From the human T2T-CHM13v2.0 reference genome, Homo sapiens, in the NCBI RefSeq assembly GCF_009914755.1, contig NC_060934.1: a stretch of DNA of 64,000 nucleotides; one strand, 5' to 3'. The position numbers were made by a program, and so were the translations under genes. Below are positions 47,794-64,000 of the stretch, one piece after another (positions within the stretch are counted from its first letter, which is position 1; each line of letters starts with the position of its first letter). The notes below the pieces were generated by a model. The model saw nothing but the letters and a program-made list of their open reading frames with translations. It had not been told where the DNA came from and ran no database searches.

Positions 47794-48050
47794 GTGAGTG
47801 TGAATACATGTCATTATACATTTGCCCAAACCCATACAATGTGTAATACCAAGAAAGAAACCTAATGTAAACTATAGACTTTGGGTAATAATGGCTTATC
47901 AATGTAGGTTCATTAATTATAAGAAATGCATTACTCTAGTGAGAGATGATGATAATAGAGAAGACTATGCATGTTTGGGGGCAGAGAGTATATGAGACAT
48001 CTCTGTCTTCTGTTCAAGTTTACTGTGAATCTGAAACTGCTTTAAAAAAT
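46810..48050 (+). mobile_element. L1MC-type 5' region joined to an L1MC 3' end
   Basis: 3' end AAAAGGCAAGAC...TCAGTAGTTGTCAGGGG...CCTAATGTAAACTATAGACTTTGGG...AAACTGCTTTAAAAAAT. Confidence 0.7.
47655..47788. repeat. Compound (TA)(CA)(TA)(TG)(TA)22 microsatellite
   Basis: Direct reading; pure (TA)22 at 47745-47788. Confidence 0.97.
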
Positions 48051-49123
48051 ATTGTGTTATTTTAAAAGTAATACAGAGTTCAATAAGCCCTAAAAAAGAG
48101 AGCACATGTTGACTACAATTAGTATCTGAGGTATTAGAGGAGTGTTTTTATTGTATTATTATTGTTTTTTAATCCAAGAAGAGTCAAAAGAATGTTGATT
48201 TCTCAGTTAATATATCTTTCCCAGTATAGGGGATACCCCCAAAACACAAAAACGATAACAAAAATCTTATTAAAAGACCTTATTAAGAATACGAAAAAAG
48301 CAGGAAAAAACATTCACAAATACATTTCTGAACAAAACTTGATCCAGAATATTTAAAAACATCCAACAAGTAAATAATTTGTAAGAATTTGGAGTGAAAG
48401 TAATGTTCTATCGCTTAGTTGGTATGCTGCTTAAACACAAATATACATTTGACAAAACCAATCAAACTATATTCCTAACACACATGCACTTTATATGTAA
48501 GCATATCTTAATTTAAAAATTAAGGAAAAAGTAAGTTAATATACATTCCTCTTTATGATTTATTGAATCATTGCCACCAACTCTAAGCAGCTAGCCAATT
48601 CCGTATCATTTGCTATTCTTATGTGATTGATAACATTTAAGTTCACTTTGTGGTTTTGAAAAATGTCCAAGGACAAAACCATTATGTGTTTTAGTATCCC
48701 TGACACTAATTCCATACCACTCTATAGATCTCCCTAGTTACACACATTTTAATTCACATGTCCTACATGCTCTTATTTATTGCTGAGCTTATTAGAAAGC
48801 TCTCTGTGCAACTACATTGTTTTCTTTAGCTTCTCCTGGTAGTTTCCCAAGGATGAAGAGGACATTTTTGAAGTTATTAATAAATAATTTAAGGAGAATC
48901 CTGCACCACTTTGTAAGAATTCATTCATTTGTTATTTTATAATAACATAAATGCATTTTCTATTAGGCTGTCTTTTCCAAAGCAATTAAACACTAATTTC
49001 TAATATTTGTCTCTCTTTCTAGAATATAACATTCAAATTAATTTTCCCTTTCAGATTGTTAATGCTTGTGAAATTGGACTCACTGGACTCAGTAAGACAA
49101 ACTGGGTTGGCCATACAAACTTT

Positions 49124-49423
49124 TATTTATTTATTTATTTATTTATTTATTTTTGAGATAGAGGTTTGATCTTGTTGCCCAGGCTGGAGTGCAATGGTGC
49201 GATCTTGGCTCACTGCAACTTCTGCCTCCGGGTTCAAGCAATTCTCCTGCCTCAGTCACCAGAGTAGCTGGGATTACAGGCACCTGCTACCACGCCCGGT
49301 TAATTTTTATATTTTTAGTAGAGATGGCGTTTCACCATGTTTGCCAGGCTGGTCACAAACTCCTGACCTCAGGTGATCCACTCAAAGTCCTGGGATTACA
49401 AGCATAAGTCACCATGCCCAGCC
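49124..49423 (-). mobile_element. AluSq-like with a (TTTA)n tail and a small internal deletion
   Basis: Perfect TSD GGCCATACAAACTTT 49109-49123 / 49425-49439. Confidence 0.94.
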
Positions 49424-51352
49424 AGGCCATACAAACTTTAACCTCACCTTCACACTTTCTTCTATTTAGATGCAATGCTTGGTTTATATTTAAAAACCAA
49501 AGAGCTCTGTAGAGCCAGGAAAAGTAAAAAACAAAACAAAACAAAAGCATTAAGAACTTCTACTATTCAAATGAAGAGAACTAAATTTAGAATAAGAAAT
49601 AATAATAAGATGTTTCATGACAGCCCCAAAGAAAGCTCCATCTTTTTCAGTTTTGAAAATAATAAACCCAGTTTTATATATTTAAATGTCTTCCTTACAG
49701 AGTAGCGGGAACATTTATGCTGCACTTTATTCACCCATTCATATCAATGTGAATTGGAAAATGAAATGTTAAAGTGCTTACATTTTCTTGAAATAAAAAC
49801 AACTGAAGTATAGGAAATGTAATCAGACAAAAAAGGTTCACAGCAGTCAGTTGTCTCCACATTAGTATAGTCATCTGATATTTTTTTTCAAAATTTTCAC
49901 AGCTTTATGCAAATCAAATGACACAGATTTGTCAAGATTTGCATATCTTCATATTAATAATTGGACTACTGAGAAGCTGAGATACGATTTTATCTAAATG
50001 ATTATTTAAATAAAAACCCCGCTGATTTTTTTTAAAGTATCTCACAAGCTACTAAGCAAGGAAGACATTTATGAATAGTCAGTATCTCTGAGACCTGTAA
50101 TAGTTCCTAGTTACAAATTATCCAACTGGATAACTTGTTCTTAAAAATGCAAAAACCAGCCAAATCCAACTCTTCTGAGGAAAGATTTCACACAATCTGT
50201 CCAAGAAAGAAAAAGCAAAGGCAGGCTGCCACTGTGGATTCTTTAGCATGCCTATTCTGTCTAACTTGATTCAGGTGAAAAAAAAATAGAAAAAAAAATA
50301 ATTGTCTGTTATCTTAATTGCTTTTGGTATTATGTGCCCTCTCTCTCCCCTGGAGCTATTTCAGTGTGGTCAGAGAAAATGCTGTCAGCTGATATGTTAC
50401 CCAGTGGTATCAACTTGAATGCTGACACTTTCCTCATGCATTCCATCCAGCTCTGCATACTCAACAGGAAACGCAGGGAAATGCTGGCACAACCTGACTT
50501 ATGCTGTCAGAGCCTACCAGTGTGAAGTCCATTGCTACTAATGATCATGCCACGAACTGCCAGCACGACATTATTAACGACACTGTCTGAGATCTGCAAA
50601 CCTCTGGTGTCTCAATTAGCAAAAGTACACACTGTTGGTTTAACCTGAAGATTAAATATCTAAAACAAAGAAAAAATTAATATGAGGTGCATGACAATTT
50701 TCTAAGTGTTCTGAGCATTTGGTATTGCTGTCTTGTTTGTTTTAGACTATTAAAAGTATAATAAAATGATTCAAATTCCTCAAATCCATTTGGATGATTT
50801 ACTGAATAAGGATACTGATGACGTAGAATTTGGAGCAGTTGGGTGGGGGCTAAGGGATGATCATAAAAAATGCTTGTATTGAATTGAATACACTTTTATT
50901 CTTTTTTTGGAAAATGGCTTCAAATAAAAACATTTAGAGTTTATGATAATTTTCCTCAAATTACCTTTTGATCCTTCTTAGTTACATAGTATAATCATAT
51001 GTGCATGAACACACACGTCTGCAATTCCTCACTCAGTAACATTCACTAATGACTTCTGTATTTCAGGCACGGTCCTGGGTTCAGTGATGAGAAACAGATA
51101 CATAAGGAAAGAATCTTCCATTTAAAAGGTTATAATTGAGTTTTTACTTTTTCCCACAAGCTGGTTGAAATAATTAAATCATCTCATTGACTCATCTCTT
51201 CCATCATTAACTTATTTTTGCATTTTGAATTGAAATTTCCAATCCAACTAACCCCTCAACCATTCTATAGCATAATGTGATTTTGAATTGATTAGTGACA
51301 ATTAACATACAAAAAGTAATATTTTGATATTATATTAAGAATAGTATAATCA

Positions 51353-51408
51353 GGCCGCTGCACTCCAGCCTGGGTGACAGAGCAAGACAGCATCATCTCT
51401 TTAAAAAA
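51353..51408 (+). mobile_element. Tiny Alu 3'-end fragment
   Basis: GCCGCTGCACTCCAGCCTGGGTGACAGAGCAAGAC followed by an A run. Confidence 0.85.
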
Positions 51409-51469
51409 TTAGTACCTAATATTTGTTTAACATTATGTTTAAAAGACTACACTAAGGCATTTGTATATA

Positions 51470-51700
51470 CAGTTCATTCATTTATTAACCATTATTGAGC
51501 ACCTACCATGTGTGAGAACCTAAACTGTGCTGAAGATACAAGAGTGAAGAGAAGAGACAAGATTTCTTTAAGCTGTGTACATTCTGCTTGGGGGATATAT
51601 ATGTGTAAAATAAATTAACAAGTGACAAATTACATAGAGATCTATCGTAAAAGCAAAAACATAATGGCAGGGTAGGATCATGTACAATATCTGAGGAAAA
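51470..51700 (-). mobile_element. L2 3' fragment
   Basis: TTCATTCATTTATT...TTATTGAGCACCTACCATGTG. Confidence 0.75.
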
Positions 51701-52419
51701 TCCTCCATGTTTGCACTCCAAATTAACACAGTTGTCATGCATTTCCCTCATAGGGTTTCTTCTCCTTCTATACTGCCAAAAAAAGGAACCAGGCTTAATT
51801 CAATTAAAAAGTAATTAAGTTCATCTACCATGATTAAATGGTTCTGCTGGAAGCAGGTTAAATCTATTGCTACCTCCTCTAATTTTCTGACACAATTAAA
51901 TGATAAAGAGAATGAAAAACGATACTCCCCAGTAAGCACTTGTAATTTTAATCAAGACTTTACTCTTTGAATTGTTTTATGGCATTTTAAGTGTTGAAGC
52001 TGAAACCTATGGAAGGCTAATATTTGTTTTGTGATCCTAGCACTTTCCTCTTTTTTCTTTTTTTTTTTTTTTTTGAGGAGACAGGGGAATTGTAACATTA
52101 AAATGTAATTTGAGTGAAGAAAGTCTTAAATTGTAGTTTTAATTTGACTCTCTAGATCATTAAAATAACATATTGGTTGTCAGTTTTAGTTCTCAGTATA
52201 TTATGAGGTTTTTTTAAGCTTATCTTGGAATATAGAAGTATTTCATTAGAAACTGAATTATGAATTACTAAACTAAAATTCTAATTACTGTATAGCTAGC
52301 TGGCTATATGATTGATAGAGAGAGAGAGAGAGAAAGAGCAAAGAGAGATAAAGAGAGGTTTTTACTGAGGAAAAGGATATACAAATGAAAGAACAGTAAT
52401 TTAGTACTTAATAACTAGA

Positions 52420-52622
52420 TAATTTCAAGCAGAACAATCTTGGTTCAAATCCTAGCTCTGCATGATTTATAAACCTTGATGTTCCTCATTTTCCTACTTG
52501 TAATTTGAGAATCAAGAAAATTCATAAATTGTGAGGATTCAGTGAAATATATTTTATGTAAAGTACTTGACTCAATGTGTAACACTGAAATGACATTCAA
52601 TAAACCTTAGCTCTATTATTAT
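52420..52622 (+). mobile_element. MIR
   Basis: GGTTCAAATCCTAGCTCTGC...TTGTGAGGATTCAGTGA...GTAAAGTACTT. Confidence 0.75.
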
Positions 52623-52874
52623 TAAGTATAAAGTATATATTTAAGTATAAAAGTGCCTTTAAAACTAAAAATGATTATATGAACGTAAGGTATGATAGAT
52701 AGCATAAACGGATTGTAGTAGTGCATCTTTCATGCATTAATTCATTTACACAATTGACCTTGATTCCCTGGAATCTATAGCCATAATATACATAATAGAG
52801 TAAGCCTTAACTTCAGATGTAGGAAATCATGAGAGATTATTGTTCTCCTTAATAGTAACTTTAAGAAGCAAATT

Positions 52875-54080
52875 ACTGGCTAGCCATATGTGAAAAATGC
52901 AACTGGACTCTTATGTGTCACCATATACAAAAATTAACACAAGATGAATTAAAGACTTAAGCATAAGATCTAAAACTATAAAAATCCTACAAGAAAACAT
53001 AGGAAGAACTTTTCTAGATATTTATCTAGGCAAAGAATTTATGATGAAGACCCCAAAAGCAAATGTAACAACAACAACAAAAATAGATAAGTGGGATTTA
53101 ATTAAAACGTAAAAGCTTCTGTACTGCAAAAGAAACTATCAATAGAGCAAACAGGCAACCTTCAGAATGGCAGAAAATACTTGCAAATGATCTATCCAAC
53201 ATCCAGAATCTATAAAGATCATGAACAATTCAAAAAGGAAAAACAACCCCATTAAAAAATGTGCAAAGGCTATGAATAGGCACTCCTCAAAAGAAGACAT
53301 GCAAGCAACTAACAAATATATTTAAAACTATTCCACATCTCTATTCATCAGTGAAACGCAAATCAAAACCACAATAAGATACCACTTCACATCAGTCAAA
53401 AAGGCTAAAGTCAAAAAGCAATGGATTTTGGCACTGAAACAGAGAAAAGGGAATGCTTAACACTGTTGGTGAGAATGAAATTAGTTCAACCTGTATGGAA
53501 AACAGAATGGAGATTTCTCAAATAAATAAAAATAGAAGTACAATTTGATCCAGCAACCCCACAGCTGAGTATCTACATAAAGGAGAAGAAATCATTATAA
53601 AGAAAAGACACCTATGCTCATATGTTAATCGAAGTACTATTTACAACAGCAAAGTCCTGGGACCAACATAGGTGTTCATCAACAGTTAACTGGATAAAGA
53701 AAATGTGGTATATGTACACTATGGAATGGTATGCAGTCGTAAAATGAATAAAATCAAGTCCTCTGCAGCAACGTGAATGGAGCTGGAGACTACTATACTA
53801 AGTGAATTAACTCAAAAACAGAAAGCCAAATGTTGCATGTTCTCACTCATAAGTGGAAGTGAAACAATGGGCATGCATACACATGAAGATAGAAATAACA
53901 GACACTGGAGGCTCCAAAATGGGGGAGGGTGGGAGGAGAGCAAGGGTTGAAAATTTGCCTAATGAGTACAATGTTCACTGTTTGGGTAATGGGTACACTA
54001 GAAAACCAGTTCCCACCAGTGTGAAATATACCCATATAACAAACATGCACATGCACCCCCTGAATTTAAGATAAAAGAAA
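52875..54080 (+). mobile_element. L1PB3/4-like 3' fragment
   Basis: ORF2 C-terminus; 3'UTR GGGTTGAAAATTTGCCTAATGAGTACAATGTTCAC...CATGCACCCCCTGAATTTAAGATAAAA. Confidence 0.88.
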
Positions 54081-54660
54081 AGCTAATTTTGCTGCAAAAT
54101 AATCATTTTTAGAATCTTACCAGAGATCTGTGGACACAAAGAAATGTAAATAAACTAAACTTCAGAAAGCGATAAGCCTTTTATAGGAGGGAAATATTCA
54201 TGGGCTGCTCTTATTTCTAGCAAAATTTTGAAAAAGAAATCTGTTAGAGGGGGATGTGGCAAAATTAGGCAAACTGTTAAGAAACTTTAAGCTACCATAT
54301 ATAAAACTGCCACGATAGATTAGAATCCTGAGGAGGACCATTAATAAACAGTCTGCGCCCACTTGCCAATTCTTAAATTGAGTCTTCAAGTGCAGCAGAG
54401 GTGGGTAACTGGGCCAAAGCTGAGGGTTATCGGGAGACTGAAGAGAATAAGAGCTAAGAGTTATCCCTGTAAAGTGAACAGATCTTTCATAAATAGAATG
54501 TTTCCTCAGGTGGCAGGCACAAAGTAGGCTAGCTGAGTGTAATTCATCAGATGCACTTCCAACTTTCAACAAGCAATAACTGACATTGGAGCTGAAGAAT
54601 CCTTCAAGACATTACATGCCTTCAAAGAGTGTTAGATCAATGCCTTTGAAAGGTAAGGGA

Positions 54661-54787
54661 ATGCCTGTAATCCCAGCTACTTGGAGGCTGAGGCAGAAGA
54701 GTCACCTGAACCTGGGAGGCAGGGGTTGCACTGAGCTGAGATCGTGCCATTCCACTCCAGCCTGGACAAAAAGAGTGAAACTTAGTC
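54661..54787 (+). mobile_element. Alu right monomer (5'-truncated AluS)
   Basis: GCCTGTAATCCCAGCTAC...CACTCCAGCCTGG. Confidence 0.9.
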
Positions 54788-54938
54788 AAAAAAAAAAAAG
54801 AAGAAAAAGAAAAAGGAAGGAAGGAAGGAAAGAAAGAAAGAAAGAAAGAAGGAAGGAAGGAAGGAAGGAAAGAAAGAAGGAAGGAAGGAAGAAACGAAGG
54901 AAAGAAGGAAGGAGGGAAGGAAGGAAGGAAGGAAGAAA

Positions 54939-55002
<64 letters not shown>

Positions 55003-55005
55003 AAA
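54788..55005 (+). repeat. Polypurine (GGAA)n/(GAAA)n tract derived from the Alu tail
   Basis: ~218 bp of purines with a single C. Confidence 0.96.
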
Positions 55006-55399
55006 GGGCAGGGGAGGAACGACAGGGCTAAAATATATTCCCTTAGATTAAAACAAACCAAAAAACAAACAGGAGAAACAAGAGAGCAAAGACCACTTTC
55101 CAGTGACCAAAAACCCTGGTGTCTGGACTGTAAAGCAGACAGAAATCTCCTACAATTCTGGAAGTAGGCATCTGAGCTGTGAAAAAGGGCAGATCTCTAG
55201 GATTTTACAGGTGTTTCATTTCTTGGCTCCACAAAACAAACAAACAAACAAACAAAAACCTGATCCTGACTCCCAGACATATGAAGGTGGTAGTAAACTG
55301 AATCAAAATAAAGCTGTAGCAAAGTTCAGACCCTCCTTATATGCATAGCAGATTGACATAGATTTCACTTTAGATGCCCAGCAGAAGACAAGATACACC

Positions 55400-58050
<2,651 letters not shown>

Positions 58051-58535
58051 GGAAAGCTTGCCCTTGGGACTTTGGGGAAACTTGAGTATTTGTGCTTAGG
58101 TTGATGTGGTGAAGTATATAAAGATGGTGTTTTGTGTTTGTAATTTCTAGTTTTAAACTTATTTGTAATGATGTGTTAGTTAATTGAATATTTTAGAGTA
58201 GGTACAATATATGTTTGCTGTATTATCTGGCAATATTGAATTTTCCCATTCTAAATGTTAAAAAAACAAGTAAGATTGATGAAATTCATATAAAAAGTTA
58301 AGCATAAATAGTAAGTAATCTAGCATCTTGTTAAATCAATTCAAAACTCAGAGGATGTGGTAAATGTAGATAATGAGTAAGAAAGTAGTTTATAGGAGGT
58401 ACCGGGTTCATCTCACTAGGGAGTGCCAGACAGTGGGCGCAGGTCAGTGGGTGCACGCACCGTGTGCGAGCCGAAGCAGGGCAAGGCATTGCCTCACTTG
58501 GGAAGCGCAAGGGGTCAGGGAGTTCCCTTTCCCAG

Positions 58536-58751
58536 TCAAAGAAAGGGGTGATGGACACACCTGGAAATTCCGGTCACTCCCACCCGAATACTGCGCTTTT
58601 CGGACCGGCTTAAAAAACAGCACACCACGAGATTATATCCCACACCTGGCTGGGAGGGTCCTACGCCCACGGAGTCTCCCTGATTGCTAGCACAGCAGTC
58701 TGAGATCAAACTGCAAGGCGGCAGTGAGGCTGGGGGAGGGGCGCCTGCCAT
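58536..58751 (-). CDS. ORF0: L1 ORF0, intact 71 aa (MAGAPPPASLPPCSLISDCC...HHPFL)
   Basis: ATG at 58751-58749 in GCAATGG context, 216 nt open to stop; matches primate L1 ORF0; expression not shown. Confidence 0.8.
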   Translation of the reverse strand: MAGAPPPASLPPCSLISDCCASNQGDSVGVGPSQPGVGYNLVVCCFLSRSEKRSIRVGVTGISRCVHHPFL

Positions 58752-59202
58752 TGCCCAGGCTTGCTTAGGTAAACAAAGCAGCCTGGAAGCTCGAACTGGG
58801 TGGAGACCACCACAGCTCAAGGAGGCCTGCCTGCCTCTGTAGGCTCCACCTCTGGGGGCAGGGCACAGACAAAAAGACAGCAGTAACCTCTGCAGACTTA
58901 AATGTCCCCGTCTGACAGCTTTGAAGAGAGCAGTGGTTCTCCCAGCACGCAGCTGGAGATCTGAGAACAGGCAGACTGCCTCCTCAAGTGGGTCCCTGAC
59001 CCCTGACCCCCGAGCAGCCTAACTGGGAGGCACCCCCCAGCAGGGGCAGACTGACACCTCACACAGCCGGGTACTCCAACAGACCTGCAGCTGAGGGTCC
59101 TGTCTGTTAGAAGGAAAACTAACAAACAGAAAGGACACCCACACCAAAAACCCATCTGTACATCACCATCATCAAAGACCAAAAGTAGATAAAACCACAA
59201 AG

Positions 59203-60219
59203 ATGGGGAAAAAACAGAACAGAAAAACTGGAAACACTAAAAAGCAGAGCACCTCTCCTCCTCCAAAGGAACGCAGTTCCTCACCAGCAACGGAACAAAG
59301 CTGGATGGAGAATGACTTTGACGAGCTGAGAGAAGAAGGCTTCAGAGGATCAAATTACTCTGAGCTACGGGAGGACATTCAAACCAAAGGCAAAGAAGTT
59401 GAAAACTTTGAAAAAAATTTAGAAGAATGTATAACTAGAATAACTAATACAGAGAAGTGCTTAAAGGAGCTGATGGAGCTGAAAACCAAGGCTCGAGAAC
59501 TACATGAAGAATGCAGAAGCCTCAGGAGCAGATGTGATCAACTGGAAGAAAGGGTATCAGCAATGGAAGATGAAATGAATGAAATGAAGTGAGAAGGGAA
59601 GTTTAGAGAAAAAGGAATAAAAAGAAATGAGCAAAGCCTCCAAGAAATATGGGACTATGTGAAAAGACCAAATCTACGTCTGATTGGTGTACCTGAAAGT
59701 GATGGGGAGAATGGAACCAAGTTGGAAAACACTCTGCAGGATATTATCCAGGAGAACTTCCCCAATCTAGCAAGGCAGGCCAACGTTCAGATTCAGGAAA
59801 TACAGAGAACGCCACAAAGATACTCCTGGAGAAGAGCAACTCCAAGACACATAATTGTCAGATTCACCAAAGTTGAAATGAAGGAAAAAATGTTAAGGGC
59901 TGCCAGAGAGAAAGGTCGGGTTACCCTCAAAGGGAAGCCCATCAGACTAACAGCGGATCTCTCAGCAGAAACCCTACAAGCCAGAAGAGAGTGGGGGCCA
60001 ATATTCAACATTCTTAAAGAAAAGAATTTTCAACCCAGAATTTCATATCCAGCCAAACTAAGCTTCATAAGTGAAGGAGAAATAAAATACTTTACAGACA
60101 AGCAAATGCTGAGAGATTTTGTCACCAGCAGGCCTGCCCTAAAAGAGCTCCTGCAGGAAGCGCTAAACATGGAAAGGAACAACCGGTACCAGCCGCTGCA
60201 AAATCATGCCAAAATGTAA
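59203..60219 (+). pseudogene. L1 ORF1p with a premature stop
   Basis: MGKKQNRK...NHAKM; TGA at 59590-59592 (CGA to TGA) splits it into two in-frame ORFs. Confidence 0.95.
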
Positions 60220-60267
60220 AGACCATCGAGACTAGGAAGAAACTGCATCAACTAATGAGCAAAATAA

Positions 60268-64000
<3,733 letters not shown>

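Noticed and set aside
54586-55167. 193-aa K/R/E-rich ORF
   Set aside because: Translation of an Alu arm plus the GGAA/GAAA microsatellite; purine-only repeats cannot contain stop codons

Overview
Primate (hominoid, probably human) AT-rich, gene-poor DNA made up mostly of nested transposable elements. I find no recognisable host protein-coding exon, tRNA or rRNA, and nearly every ORF in the track comes from L1, Alu, LTR or simple repeats. Main landmarks: a 5'-truncated L1PA with an AluY inside it (1081-4192), a MER61 solo LTR, a twin-priming inverted L1PA (16399-17090), a CpG-rich LTR12C solo LTR (27012-28460), a complete THE1D provirus nested in a MER1B DNA transposon (35419-38154), and a near-full-length L1PA3/PA2 (58395 to the window end). 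That last L1 has disabled ORF1 and ORF2 but an intact antisense ORF0, and lacks the first ~95 nt including the YY1 site. The most unusual observations are a ~35-bp TSD-flanked retrocopy of a non-repeat polyadenylated 3' end (21381-21415), a tail-less and TSD-less internal L1 insertion (56104-56777), a palindrome of octamer and TGACA sites in unique DNA (49906-49945), an old ~110-bp local duplication (33579/34661), and a perfect 71-bp tandem duplication in one THE1D LTR. I see no firm evidence for a new multi-gene system. Subfamily names come from recalled consensus features, not a RepeatMasker run, and the boundaries of old repeats are approximate.
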